NCBI GenBank assembly: GCA_965287045.1
Contig: OZ336886.1
Coordinates: 45,818,001-45,882,000 of the forward strand
DNA length: 64,000 nt
Origin: Carcharhinus amblyrhynchos
Taxonomy: Eukaryota
Reading direction: 5' to 3'
The position numbers and the translations under genes are program-made. Numbering within the stretch: position 1 is the first letter of the stretch; each line of letters starts with the position of its first letter. This document shows, one piece after another, positions 24,812 through 37,248 of this stretch. The notes under the pieces were generated by a model. It saw nothing but the letters and a program-made list of their open reading frames with translations. It ran no database searches and was not told where the DNA came from.

Positions 24812-25655
24812 TGTTGCAAAGTTGAGGTGTGAAGTTGGAAAAAAAACTGTAAAAATTCTTGGGGTGGGGGGGGACAAAAAACATTGTGTGGTCCCTTTAA
24901 AAGCTGGTGTTTTGCTTCTTGGAGGTTTAAATGCAAAGTACAGACAGAGTCCAAACTGAAACATTTATGTCAAAAAGTCAAGCAGTAGTCTTGACAAGAC
25001 AACCTTTTTTTGAAATTTAGCCCAATCAATTTAAAGTAGGCACTCAGCTACCAAGAACCTGTGGAATTTAAATTTGATGGTGTTGACAACATGAGACCAA
25101 TCCTAGTATTGGAAAATTGATAGGTCATCACAGGTATAAAAGCGAGTGCAGGGAAGAAAATGGGAAAGCAACTGAAGGAGCAGCCACCTCTCAGGCCTCG
25201 AGAAGGAGTGGGCAGCTCTGAACTCTGCCAGCTTCAGATATCTCTTAAGAGAACACACCAACTAGTGAAAGGTATCAAATCAAAAAGAACTTACAGACAG
25301 AGAATCAACAGTTTCTGAAAGCCACAAAACCTGGTTGTTTCTTTTTGAGAGTGACTGAATTCTATTTTTTTTGTTAATGAATGGATATATTTCTTTGAAC
25401 AGCATTCCATTAGAATCTTATTTTATTTGCTATGTTACTTGTTTAGTTTAAGTTCCCTGTTCGTTAAATAAATAAGTTGTTAAGTGTTCATTTTGAAGTG
25501 AGTGCCAGGTATTTCTGTTAGTTAAGTACTAAAAGTTACTGAAGGGCAGTTCACACCTTCCCACACACTTCTAACAGATTATGAGGCGAGGTATTGCTCT
25601 TCTGGGGGAGTCGGAGTTACTTCTCAAAAGGAGGATCAACAATCGCGTCACAACA
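24812..25655 (+). mobile_element. Solo LTR (844 bp)
   Basis: TGTTG..CAACA termini (both ends fit an 8-bp TGTTGCGA repeat with CpG decay); CCAAT 25097, TATAAAA 25135, AATAAA 25467; no clean TSD. Confidence 0.7.
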
Positions 25656-26509
25656 TTAATTAAACTCCATTTTGCAGACTGATTCATTTTTGTAGCCTGG
25701 ATGTAACTGTCTGTCTAACTGGAACACGGATATTGAGAAATTCCTTAAAATTTCCACACGGCAGTCCGATCATCGCTCCCTTTCTTCCGTAGGAAGACAC
25801 GCATGCAGTGGGTTTCTTTGAACAGCAGGGACTGTTGTGGTGTAGAGAAACACAACAGCTAGTGTGCACAGCAAGATCCCAGAAACACAACGTCCAGTTA
25901 ATCTCAGTGTAGTGAACGTTTCACCAGGGCAATTTCCCCGCACTCTCCCAAACAAGCTTAGAAAACATGTGGACAGATCACAAGCCTCGGTTTAACATCT
26001 CATTTGAAATCTCCACCATTCTGAGATAATAGAAGTGTCATTCAAATCTTTATTATGAATGAAACGTTCCAATATAAATTATGAAAATTGAACAAACTTA
26101 TTCTGTTCCTAATTGGCCAATTAAGGGTCTCATTAAGCCTTAGGGCAGGCAGGTTGACTGATGCCTGACTCACCCTCTGTATTTTGGGGGGGGCAGTTTG
26201 GGAAAGTGGGGGGCAGGCAATGGACCTGCCACCCATGTTATTTTATGAGCTCCCCCACATCAAACACATCCGGCAAAGTGAGGGGGAGGGGGGCTAAAGT
26301 TTCCCCCCATATTTAAAGAAACAAATCACTGGCCAGAAAGCACTTTGGTAGGTCCTAAGAACATGAAAGGCATCATGCAAGTCCAAGTCTTTCTTTCAAT
26401 GTTGGCCCCAAGGACAGTAGCTACACATCTCAACCAGACCTCCCACAAGAAATGCTAAGGTAGTGCAGTACTGAGGGAATGCTGCATCTTTGGAGGTGCG
26501 CAGAGAAAC

Positions 26510-26740
26510 AACAGAGAAGGGAGAAATACGAAAGGGTCCAGAGGGGCAACATTTTCCACACAGAGGGTGGTGGGTGCCTGGAACTAGCTGCCAGAGGTAG
26601 CAGTAAAGGCGGGTACAATTTTGTCTTTTAAAAAACATTTAGACAGTTACATGGGTAAAATGGATATAGAGGGAAATGGGCCAAACGCAGGCAATTGGGA
26701 CTAGCTTAATGGTGCTGTAAACCTCTATTACTCTCTGACT
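26510..26740 (+). mobile_element. CR1 3' end
   Basis: CACAGAGGGTGGTGGGTGCCTGGAAC; same subfamily as 34560 and 54005. Confidence 0.85.
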
Positions 26741-26824
26741 TTTGTAGCATGTTGGGATCATGTTCCAATAATTTCCAGGGATGTTAAAGATCCCACATCA
26801 CCACCCTGGGAGGAGCAAGGAGTG

Positions 26825-27180
26825 ACAAGGAACAAAGAACAATACAGCACAGGAACAGGCCCTTCAGGCCTCCAAGCCTGCGCCAAACATGTTGTCCTAA
26901 CTGCTTATATCCCTCTATTCCCCATTTGTAAATATCCCTATCAACCTCCTCACTTGGCAGAGCATTCCAGGGCTCCACCACCCTCTGTGTAAAGAAGTTA
27001 CCCTGCACATCTCCACTGAACCTTCCTCGCCTAATCTTGACCTTGTGCCCTTTTGCATTTGTCATTTCTGCCCAGGGAAAAAGCTTCCATCCATTCACTC
27101 TATCTGTGCCAGTCATAATTTTATAAACTTCTGTCGGGTTGCCCCTCAGCCTCCGTCTTTCCAGAGAGAACAGACCCAGT
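26825..27180 (-). mobile_element. CR1 3' fragment
   Basis: ORF: KGHKVKIRRGRF..FFTQRVVEPWNALP. Confidence 0.9.
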
Positions 27181-27214
27181 CAGCTCAATCTCGTCCAAGT
27201 CTTGGCTAACTTAC

Positions 27215-27272
27215 CTCCCTCGACCAAGATCAGCAAAAAGCAGATTGGCCTCGATACCCTGGCATTCAAACA
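27215..27272 (-). other. Candidate 58-nt internal exon
   Basis: Acceptor ttttctgttccgtgttcttctcccaccatcag and donor GAG|gtaagt, in unique sequence. Confidence 0.35.
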
Positions 27273-27619
27273 CTGATGGTGGGAGAAGAACACGGAACAG
27301 AAAATCCAGACTATTAAATGATTATATTTCTTATTGTACACATAACAGTGGCTGTGTCTGCCAAACCAACAGTCACTGCCCAGCAAGGTCACACATTGGA
27401 GACACGATTGTGTAAAAGTATCTGTTTCTTGTTCTTTCGCTGTGGAACTCAGCTGGCTTCAGATCTGCAATAAATGGTGATGTGTTAAGTTGGAACAAAA
27501 AGATGTTTGCAAAGCAAGGAAGATAATGGTGTTTTCTCACTACAGGAGAATACTTCATTGATTCACTGCCCTCCTGGGTTCAGGGAAGATGTTGATGCTG
27601 AGGAATAAAGTATTTTCCA

Positions 27620-28145
27620 GTGCTTGTCTGCGCTTATCGAAGGAAGGGTGTGCTGGCCTTGGAAAAGATCCAGAGGAGGTTCACAAGAATGATTCCTGGA
27701 ATGAAGAGCTTGTCATATGAGGAACGGTTGAGGACTCTTGATCTGTGCTTGTTGGAGTTCAGGAGGATGAGGGGGGATCTTATTGAAACTTACAGGATAC
27801 TCTGAGGCCTGAACAGAATGGATATGGAGAGCATGTTTCCACTAGTAGGAAAAACCACAACCAGATGGCACAACCTCAGACTAAAGGGACGAGATAAAGT
27901 ATAGATGAGGAGGAATTTCTTCAGCCAAAGAGTGGTGAATCTGTAGAACTCTTTGCCACAGGAGGCTAGGTCACTGAATGTCTTTAAGACAGAGACGGAT
28001 ATGTTCTTGATTAATAAGGAGATCAGGTGTTATAGGGAAAAGGCAGGAGAATGGGGATGAGAAAAATATCAGCCATTATTGAAAGACGGAGCAGACTCAA
28101 TGGGCCGAGTGGCCTAAATCTGCTCTTCTAGCTAATGGGTCTTAC
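27620..28145 (+). mobile_element. CR1 3' fragment
   Basis: LALEKIQRRFTRMIPGMKSLSYEERL..EFRRMRGDLIETY. Confidence 0.92.
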
Positions 28146-28975
28146 TATTTCATTTGTGATTTCCAGCATTTGAGAGGTTTGTTTTATTCAAATATTTGGA
28201 GTTCAGGAGGGAAATTCTCTGCATGTTTAACTTTCCGGTGTTCAATCACAAGCTCTGGGTGGAATTATGTAAACTCTGCAACTTGCAAGTGAGTCAGGAG
28301 CGTTGGCTACATTTCGGACAACCACTCCCAGGTCAGGCACAGTTAAACCCAGCAAAGGTCGTCTCAGCTTTGGTAAAAGAAAACAGGCTTTTGAAAGCAA
28401 AGACTGGGCACTTCACCTCAGCTTTCCTGCCCCTCACCATCCCTTATATTTCCACATGTACAAACTCTCCTCCCCCCTGCAATCTGCCCCCTTACAATTT
28501 CTCCAAACTAGCAAAGGAACTGCGGCAAGAGGGAGACACATTATAGAGTGACAGAGCTGGCAAAAGGTAAATGACGGCCAGTCTGCTTTTCGCGTGAGCC
28601 TGAGAGTCTGAACAGTTCACGCAGAGGGCAACATTCACAGGCTGAACATCGCAAGACTTTCCATCACTTTTTATATCCCAGGGTCTGTCAAAGCGCTGAG
28701 TGATGTGATAGAGTCCAGGGACCTCTGAACAGGAATGTGCTTACACAAAGTACATTGATCATCCCATATTACCCTTAACCCTCACCCTGGTTTCTTCACT
28801 GCGCTGTGTGTTTACACTCTGCTAGCAAGAGGAAAAATGTGACTGCAGATCTGACTGATCTCAGCTTTCAGTAACTGGAAACAGATTTAGATAATCACTT
28901 TGCAAAAGATCAGATGTAGGGAAATTTGGAAGCAAAGCCTCTTCGATTGGACGAGTTCCCCTCATGAAATGAAGG

Positions 28976-29276
28976 GAATCACAAAATCCCTCCAGTGCAG
29001 CAGGAGGCCATTTGGCCCATCAAGTCTGCACCAACTGCAATTCCACCCTATCCCCGTAAACCCGCATGTTTACCCTGCTAATCCCCCTGACACTAGGGTC
29101 AATTTACCGTGGGCAAATCAACCTAACCCGCACATCTTTGGACTGTGGGACAAAAGCCATGCAGACACGGGGAGAACGTGCAAACTCCAGACAGACAGTG
29201 AACTGCAGCCGGAATCGAACTCAGGTCCCTGGCACTGTGAAGCAGCAGTGCTAACCACTGTGCCACCGTGCCGCCC
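28976..29276 (-). mobile_element. HE1 V-SINE
   Basis: Head, V-domain and tail. Confidence 0.9.
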
Positions 29277-29721
29277 AAAGGCAGAAAGACCAAAGGTTTG
29301 TGGTGGTGGTGGATGGGGAGAGACAAAGGCTAATGAGAGAAATTAGCCAGGATTTATGCTCACATTCAACAGAAGCACGATAATAACAGCTCAATGTGAA
29401 CACTTGCCAGGTGAAACTCCGAGCCAGACAGAATTCCGAGATCCAAGGTCTGATCCCCAGTCAGTGTTGGCCTCGGACAGAATGCCAGTAAGCGATGCAA
29501 GGATTCACCCCAGGAGAAACCTGCTTCAGGTACTCCTTGGAAGAGTCACACATTGTTCCTATCCAACTCATGTCACGGAATAATAGATGAAAGCCGGCTG
29601 AAGGCTTTGTGAGATGACTCCCAGAGTTGAACAGCTCACCAACACTCATTGGCCGGAATTCTCCGGCCGTTCACGCCCTGCTGCCGCTGCCAGCGGGAGC
29701 GGAGGATTTGGCACTCAGCAT

Positions 29722-30010
29722 CTTACCCAGGCCCACCTCCTGTCCTATACCCGCAACCCTATGCATTTATTCCATTTATCCCACTAATCCCCCAATCTAC
29801 ACATATTTGGATACTAAGGATCAATTCAGAATGGCCAATCCACATAAACTACACGTCTTTGGACTGCGGCAAGAAATTGGAGCACCCAGAGGAAACCCAA
29901 GCAGATTCGGGGAGAATGTTCTGACTCCGCACAGTCACCCAAGGCTGGGATCGAACCCAGGTACCTGGCACTGTGAGACATCGTGTCACTTTGCCACCTG
30001 CCTGCCGCTG
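29722..30010 (-). mobile_element. Diverged HE1 V-SINE
   Basis: V-domain TGGAGCACCCAGAGGAAACCCA. Confidence 0.78.
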
Positions 30011-30130
30011 CCTGGTTACTTATGGAAATAGGGAATTTCGGAACATGGTTTTGTTTTCTTTGCGCATGTTGCATTTCATTTTACAGCGCACATCATTCTT
30101 CCCCAGTGAAGTGATATTTTTATATTCGTT

Positions 30131-30525
30131 CATAGAATCATACAGTGCAAAAGAGGCCCTTTGGCCCATCGAGTTTGCACTGATACATTAGATACACCTG
30201 AACTCCCACCTAATCCATATGCCAGCACTTGGCCCAGAGCCCTGAATGTTATGGTGTGCCAAGTGCTCATCCAGATGCTTTTTAAAAGATGTGAGGCAAC
30301 CTGCCTCTACCACTTACCCAGGCAGCACATTCCAGACTGTCACCACCCTCTGGGTAATAAAGTTTTTCCTCACATCCTCTTTAAACATCCTGCCTTTGAA
30401 CCCATGTCCCCTTGTGACTGATCCCTCAACTAAGGGAAATAGTTGCTCCCTATCCACTCTGTCCATGTCCCTCACAATCTTGTATACCTCAATCAGGTTG
30501 CCCCTCAGTCTTCTCTGCTCCAATC
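30131..30525 (-). mobile_element. CR1 3' fragment
   Basis: EQRRLRGNLIEVYKIV..TRGHGFK..TQRVVTVWNVLP. Confidence 0.9.
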
Positions 30526-30529
30526 GTAG

Positions 30530-31630
30530 GATGTGGGTAAGACTGGTGAGGTCAGCATTTATTGTCCATCCCTAATTGCCCTCGAGAAGGTAGTGGTGAG
30601 CTACCTTTTTGAACTACTGCTGTCTGCGAGATGTGGGTGTAGCCATCGTGCTGTTAAGGAGGGTGTTGCAGGATTTTGACCCAGTGACAGTGAAGGAACA
30701 GCTATGTATTTGCAAGTCATAATGGTGAATGATTTGGAGGGGAATTTGTGGGTGGTGTTCCCATGCGTCTGCTGGCCACATCCTTATAGGTAGCAGCGGT
30801 TGCTGGTTTGGAAAGGAGTCTTGGCAAGTTGCTGGTCAATGGTACACATCGCTGCCACTGTGCAAAGGTGATGGAGGGAGTGAATGTTGAAGGTAGCGGA
30901 TGGGATGCTTAACAAGCTGCCTGCTTTATCCTAGAGTGTCAAGTTTCTTGAGTGTTGTATGTACCAGGCAAGGGGAGAGTATTCCATCACACTCCTGACT
31001 TGTGCTTTGTAGATGGAGGACAGACTATGGGAAATCAGGAGGTGAGTTATGCACTGCAGAATTTGCAGCCTCAGTGATTGCCACTGACGAGAAACTAAAC
31101 TGGACCAATCTTCAGGATGTTGCTAATGGAGGATTCAGCGATGCTAATGCCATTGAATGGTCGGGGGAGATGCTTAGCTTCTCTGTTGTGGATGGAGATG
31201 GTCATTGTCTGGCACTTGTGTTGCAGGAATAAGTTTTGCCACTTATCAGCCCAAGTCTGAATATTATCTCGATCTTGCTGCTTTTGGACATGGACTGCTT
31301 CAGAATCTGAGGAGTTGCTACTGTCCAGTCATCAACAATCATCTCCATTTCTAACCTTTGATGAAGCAGCTGAAGATGGTTGGGCCTAGGACACTACCCT
31401 GAGGTAGTAATGTTCTTGGACTGCGATAATTGACCTCAAATAGCCACAACCACATATGGTAGGTATGACTCCAACCAATGGAGAGTTTTCTCTGTTTTCC
31501 ATTGACTTCAGTTTTGTAGGGCTCCTTGATGCCACACCTTGGTTGAATGTTGTCTTGATGTCAAGGGCAGTCACTCTCACCTCTGGAGTTCAACCCTTTT
31601 GTTCATGTTTTGTACATGGTTGTAATGAGG
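30530..31630 (-). mobile_element. CR1-group LINE family B, RT remnant through 3' end
   Basis: Minus-strand RT motifs RVTALDIK..F and PQGSVLGPTIFSCFI; tail GGGCAATTAGGGATGGACAATAAATGCTG. Confidence 0.82.
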
Positions 31631-32599
31631 TCAAGTTTGAATTATCTGCACCCTTTCCTCCACTTCATTATACAAGCTTAATATACCCTGACACAAATAA
31701 TCCAATGGTCTCCAAACATCACTTCCAAAGCCCACTCCCCATATACTCCAACACTGCTGCAAATACCCTGACCCATACCAGAGTCTGCTGAACATTCACT
31801 GGCATCAGTCTCCAATGCATTAAATGGCAAAATCACATGCCTGTCTTCACAGCTCTCTGTTGTATCACTCTACCTGATCCCCAGAATCTCTTCATCCTCA
31901 AACTCTTTGCTTCTCTCCTTGTGTGCACTTTTCTGAACCAGAGGAAACCTGCCTGACTGTGTTTGTGGTGTCGCTACACAGTGATCAGAGCAACACTTCC
32001 TCCCTTCTATACTGGTTAAAAGGAAATGTTCATATTGGCAGGAGTGGGAGAGCGAAGGAGAGTGCACTTATATAAAACCAGCTGCGAGTAAATGACCTTC
32101 CAAAGGCCACAGTACATTGGATACTTCATGGTGTCAAAGAATCCTTCTGGTTTCAGATCTCCTGCATTTGCAACCTTTGAATATGAGAACCAACCCTCTC
32201 TATCTCAGACGCTTGCCAAACAAGTGACAAATATCCAATTACCTCTTTTAAAAGTATAGTAGGTAGCAGGCAGAATCAATTCTACCTTTCCTTAAAGATG
32301 CAATATCACTCTCACACGAGCATTGCTTCAAAATAGACCACACTACACAGACTCGTTTGGCCACATTCCCACTCGTAATCCAAGATCAAGCAAATATTAT
32401 TTCAAATTCAGATACGTGTACTGGCTCTACGCAGCGTTAATTTTACTAGTCAGCTTGATGCAGCATCAAGCCATCCTCAACCATAGCTGTAGGCCCTTGG
32501 TTTGAAATCATCAGTTGGGAGTCACACTTCAGGCACAGTCTTATATCGAGACATAACTTTAGCTAAAAGAAGCAAGGTCCATCCATCACCGAAGGTGTC

Positions 32600-33315
32600 A
32601 GGTCATATTCAAAGTGATTATCAAAGCATTATGGGATCTTGGGCTCTATACGTAGACACAGTGAATACAAAGGCAAGGAGGTCATGCTAAACCTTCATAA
32701 AACTCGTTAGGCCACAGTTAGATAATTGCGTCCATTTCTGGTCACCAAGAAGGATGTGAAAGATTTTGAGAGGGAGCAGAGGAGATTTATCGGAATGGTT
32801 CCAGGCAAGAGGGAATGCAGCTCCAAGGTTTGGTTGGAGAAGCTGGAGTTCTTCTCTTTGGAACAAAGGTGATTGAGGGGAGATTTGATAGAGGTTTACA
32901 TAGAGTAGACAAAGAAATGCAGTTCCCATTGCCTGATGATATAAGCACTAGGGGACACAGATTTAAGGTGTCAAGCAAGATGTATAGTGGGGATGGGTTT
33001 TTTTTTGAAATACAGTTAGTAATAATGATTTCATCCATGCAAGAGATAATAACTCTGAAATAAGAGGGTGGAAACTTGCAACTTAATGTCAAATTTTTCC
33101 TTATACAAGGCACTATAGACAATCTCTTGAGGGAGCTCTTGAGGCATTGCTTTTTGGATGTATTTAGATGTGCACTTGAGATGCCAAGGCATACAAGGCT
33201 ATGGATCGAGTGCTGGGGAATGGGATTAGAATAGTTAGATGGTTTGTCTTTGACTGGTGCAGACATAATGGGCCAAAGGGTCTTCTTCTATGCTGCAGAC
33301 CTCCATGACTCTTTG
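32600..33315 (+). mobile_element. Old CR1 fragment
   Basis: LVRPQL and TRGHRFKV remnants; CR1 3' UTR. Confidence 0.8.
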
Positions 33316-33550
33316 ACCTCCAACCTGAAGACCTGCAGGGTCAACCATGTAAGGAATAAGATCCATTAATGAGTCGATTTAGGGTCAAATGAAAGCAAGT
33401 TTGGGTCACGGTGACTTTTTGCAGTTATGTAAGCCAAAGAACAGAAAACCAGCATCTCTCCCAATAATTCCTTCTGATGACAAAACCAAAACTTATCCCC
33501 AAGAATCTTTCAAATGTCAACAATCAGATAACCTTCCTAATGTGACATTA

Positions 33551-34300
33551 TGTAGGAATAACAGATGTGTCGAGTACAGGGCTAACGGGAGGACTTTGAA
33601 TAGTGTGGATGAGCAGAGGGATCTAGGTGTATGTGTACATAGATCCCTGAAAGTTGGGAGTCAAGTAGATAAGGTTGTTAAGAAGGCATACGGTGTCTTG
33701 GCGTTTATTGGTAGGGGGATTGAATTTAGGAGTCGCAGCGTCATGTTGCAACTGTACACCACTCTGGTGCGGCCGCACTTGGAGTACTGTGTGCAGTTCT
33801 GGTCCCCACATTACAGGAAGGATGTGGAGGCTTTGGAGAGGGTGCAGAGGAGGTTTACCAGGATGTTGCCTGGTATGGAGGGGAGGTCCTATGAGGAGAG
33901 GCTGAGGGATTTGGGGTTGTTTTCGCTGGAAAGAAGGCGGCTAAGAGGGGATCTTATTGAAACATATAAGATGATTAGAGGTTTAGATAGGGTGGACAGT
34001 GATAGCCTTTTTCCTCGGATGGAGAAATCTAGCACGAGGGGGCATGGCTTTAAATTAAGGGGTGGTAGTTATAGGACGGATGTCAGGGGTAGGTTCTTTA
34101 CCCAGAGGGTGGTGAGGGACTGGAATGCCCTGCCTGCTGCAGTTGTAAATGCGCCTAGTTTGGGGGCGTTTAAGAGATCCGTGGATAGGTTTATGGACGA
34201 AAAGGGATTGGTTTAGGTTAGTGGGTCATTGTTTTGTAACTGGTCGGCGCAACATCGTGGGCCGAAGGGCCTGTTCTGCGCTGTAATGTTCTATGTTCTA
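33551..34300 (+). mobile_element. Young 5'-truncated CR1/HER1 LINE with an 8-bp TSD
   Basis: Open frame EQRDLGVCVH..LVRPHLEYCVQFWSP..QRVVRDWNALP; TTCTATG tail; TGACATTA at 33543-33550 and 34301-34308. Confidence 0.96.
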
Positions 34301-34559
34301 TGACATTAAACAAGCTAATCAAGGGATATAGAGCTAAGCTCAGAAAATGAATTCGGCAAGTGGGGTGGGGAGGGTGGGGTGTGGTGAAAACGGACATGGA
34401 ATCAATCAGGAACTAACTGACCATGCTCCAGAGGGCTGAATGGCCTTTGTTTCTATAACACTGCACACCACTGTCCAGCAGGAAGGCACATTATGGGTTT
34501 CGCTGAATGAAACAAAACTCCTTCATGTACTGGTTTCAGTTATAAGGAAAGGCCAGATA

Positions 34560-34935
34560 GATTGGGAGCATAGGACACTGAGGGGTGATCTTATGTTTGT
34601 CTATAAAATAATAAGAGGCATAGATCAGCTAGATAGTCAATATCTTTTCTCAAAGGTAGGAAAATCTAAAACTAAAGGGCATAGGTTTAAGGTGAGAAGG
34701 GAGAGATACAAAAGAATCCAGAGAGGCAATTTTTTCACAGAGGTAGTAATAGAGGCAGGTACAATTTTGTCTTTTAAAAAGCATGTAGACAGTTACATGG
34801 GTAAGATGAGTATAGAGGGACATGGGCCAAATGTAGGCAATTGGGACTAGTTTAGGGGTTTAAAAACAAGGGCGGCATGGACAAGTTAGGCCGAAGGGCC
34901 TGTTTCCATGCTGTAAATTCCTAAGACTTGATGAC
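34560..34935 (+). mobile_element. CR1 3' fragment with internal deletion
   Basis: LRGDLMFVYKII..KGHRFKV. Confidence 0.88.
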
Positions 34936-34959
34936 TTTAAGTCATCACTCACCCTGTCA

Positions 34960-35750
34960 TATCAAAAGACAGAGGCATGTCAAGCATGCTGTCAATCACC
35001 GGCTAAAATCAAGAATAATCATTATCTTCTTTGTGGTAAAAGCCAATTATCTGCATTGCATTGCTAATTTATTAATTGCGTGAATCGCAGGGGCAGTAGG
35101 AAGAAGAAAATGCAAAGAGAAAGGCCGCAATATATCCAATACCGAAACAAGGATAACATTTTGGGACGTCTGCAAGCCATGCTCTCCCCCTTCCCCTCAG
35201 GCCATCAGCGACTTTGCTTACAGGGTCACGAAGGCTGCCATGTTTGATATGGATCAAGCAGCTAATTGCAGAGTAACGTAGCATTCTGTTTGCGCCCACA
35301 AGGCATCTATACTAGCTCGGGTGCCACACACTGCGAGGAAACAGCACCATCTTCTTAACAGCTGTAGACATGGACTGAGCAAAAATAAAAAGCTTCCTTC
35401 CACTCTAATAGTGTCTTCCGGCCGTTAATCCTTTTTGGCCAAATGTTTTTTTCTGTACCATCAGGATCAATAAAAACATGCCCATGGAGAAAGAGACCAA
35501 AAACACTTAGTGGGAATTGTTAATGCAAAACATGGCAACTCGACCAAGCCTGATAGTTCAGCAAGGAACATTCCTAAACAATCCATCACAGTTGATCAAA
35601 TCACAAAGCCCAAAATAGCAACACCTTAATGTGAGTTTAGATGACTGCCATAGGCTTACGTTTGATAACAACCTGAGCTTTGCCATATTTACACTAATGT
35701 TAGCTTTGAATCTTCAAGATCCCAACGGATAGATATTCAGAGAAATGGGA
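34960..35750. promoter_or_regulatory. Candidate conserved non-coding element
   Basis: Repeat-free, CpG-retaining, homeobox-like TAATT/TTAAT cores; inference. Confidence 0.35.
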
Positions 35751-35829
35751 CATTTTCTGTGCGGGGAAGTTAGGCCCTGGGTCAGATTAAGGGGCAGTCA
35801 GCGCAGAAGATGGCCATTGTAGAACTAAT

Positions 35830-36552
35830 GTAGGGGGGAGTTATACAATAAATGGCACAACCATCAAGAGTATAGAAACACAGAGGGACCTAGGTGTGCA
35901 AGCCCACAAATCCTTGAAGGTAGCAGCACAGGTGGAGAAGATGGTGAAGAAGGCATATGGCATGCTTGCCTTTATAGGACAGGGTATAGAGTATAAAAAC
36001 TGGAGTCTGATGTTGCAGCTGTATAGAATATTGGTTAGGCTGCATTTGGAGTACTGCGTCCAGTTCTGGTTGCAACACTACCAGAAGGACGTGAAGGCTT
36101 TGGAGAGAGTGCAGAGGAGGTTTACGAGGATGTTGCCTAGTATGGAGGGTCTTAGCTATGAGGAGAGATTGGGTAAACTGGGTTTGTTCTCCCTGGAAAG
36201 GCGGAGAATGAGGGGACTGTACAAAATTATGAAGGGTATAGATAGGGTGAACAGTGGGAGGCTTTCTCCCAGGTCGGAGGTGATGATCACGAGGGGTCAC
36301 AGGCTCAAGGTGAGGGATGAGGTTTAACTCAGATATCAGAGGGACGTTTTTTTACGCAGAGTATGGTGGGGGCCTGGAATGCACTGCCAAGTAGGGTGGA
36401 GGAGGTGGACACACTGGCATCATTTAAGACTAACCTGGACAGTCACATGAGCAGACTGGGAATGGAGAGACACAAACAAATGGTCTAGTTGGACCAATGA
36501 GCGGCACAGGCTTGGAGGGCCTGTTTCCTGCGCTGTACTGTTCTTTGTTCTA
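35830..36552 (+). mobile_element. CR1 3' fragment
   Basis: ORF 35896-36327: KKAYGMLAFI..LEYCVQFW..ERVQRRFTRMLP. Confidence 0.93.
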
Positions 36553-36661
36553 TTTGCTCCACTGTACCTGTGCCAACTCTGAAAGTGCTATCGAATCGGT
36601 TCCACGTCCCCCCTCTTTCCCTTTTGCCCTGAAAATTATTTCCCCATCAAGTATATCTATT

Positions 36662-37248
36662 TAGTGGTTAGTACCACTGCTGTACAAGCGCCAGGGACTC
36701 CCGCGTTCGATTCCCAGCTTGGGTTACTATCTGTGTGGAGTCTGCAAATTCTCCCTGTTTCTTCAGGAGGAACGCTTCAAAATGCAGCTAATGAAAACAG
36801 CAAAACTTACTCCGGCTTATAAATCAAAGAAAGGGTTTAATAAAGAATCATTACTCCAAACTTGGGGCCTCACCCTGGGCCACTCCAAGCCCCCCTTAAA
36901 TCTATACAGTTCCTTATTTATAAGGAATCAGCTGGTCAGCTGACTATTACATCACTAATTGGTTCAATAGTTTCCTGGGGTCAGCTGACCCTTACATCTT
37001 GTTCCCATTGGTCATGTTACATCCAATATAAAGTTGTCACTGGTTGCATTCTAACATTCCCTGTGTCTGAGTTGGTTTCCTCCCACAGACTGAAAGACGT
37101 GCTGGTTAGGTTCATTGGCCTTGCTAAGTTCTCCCTCAGTGTAACCCGAGCAGGCGCCAGAGTGTGGTGACTAAGAGATTTTCACAGTAATTTCATTGTA
37201 GTGTTAATGTAAGCCTACTTGTGACACTAATAAATAAACTTTAAACTT
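36662..37248 (+). mobile_element. V-SINE type B split by a solo LTR
   Basis: V-domain broken at ATTCTCCC / TTCCCTGTGTCTG. Confidence 0.85.
36756..37056 (-). mobile_element. 301-bp solo LTR
   Basis: TGTT..AACA termini, 5-bp TSD CTCCC/TTCCC, TATAAAT and ATTAAA on the minus strand; homologue at 39891. Confidence 0.8.

Noticed and set aside
33389-34216. 275-aa ORF as a host gene or fusion protein
   Set aside because: From 33551 on it is a CR1 RT C-terminus bounded by a TSD; the first ~54 codons are chance read-through from flank
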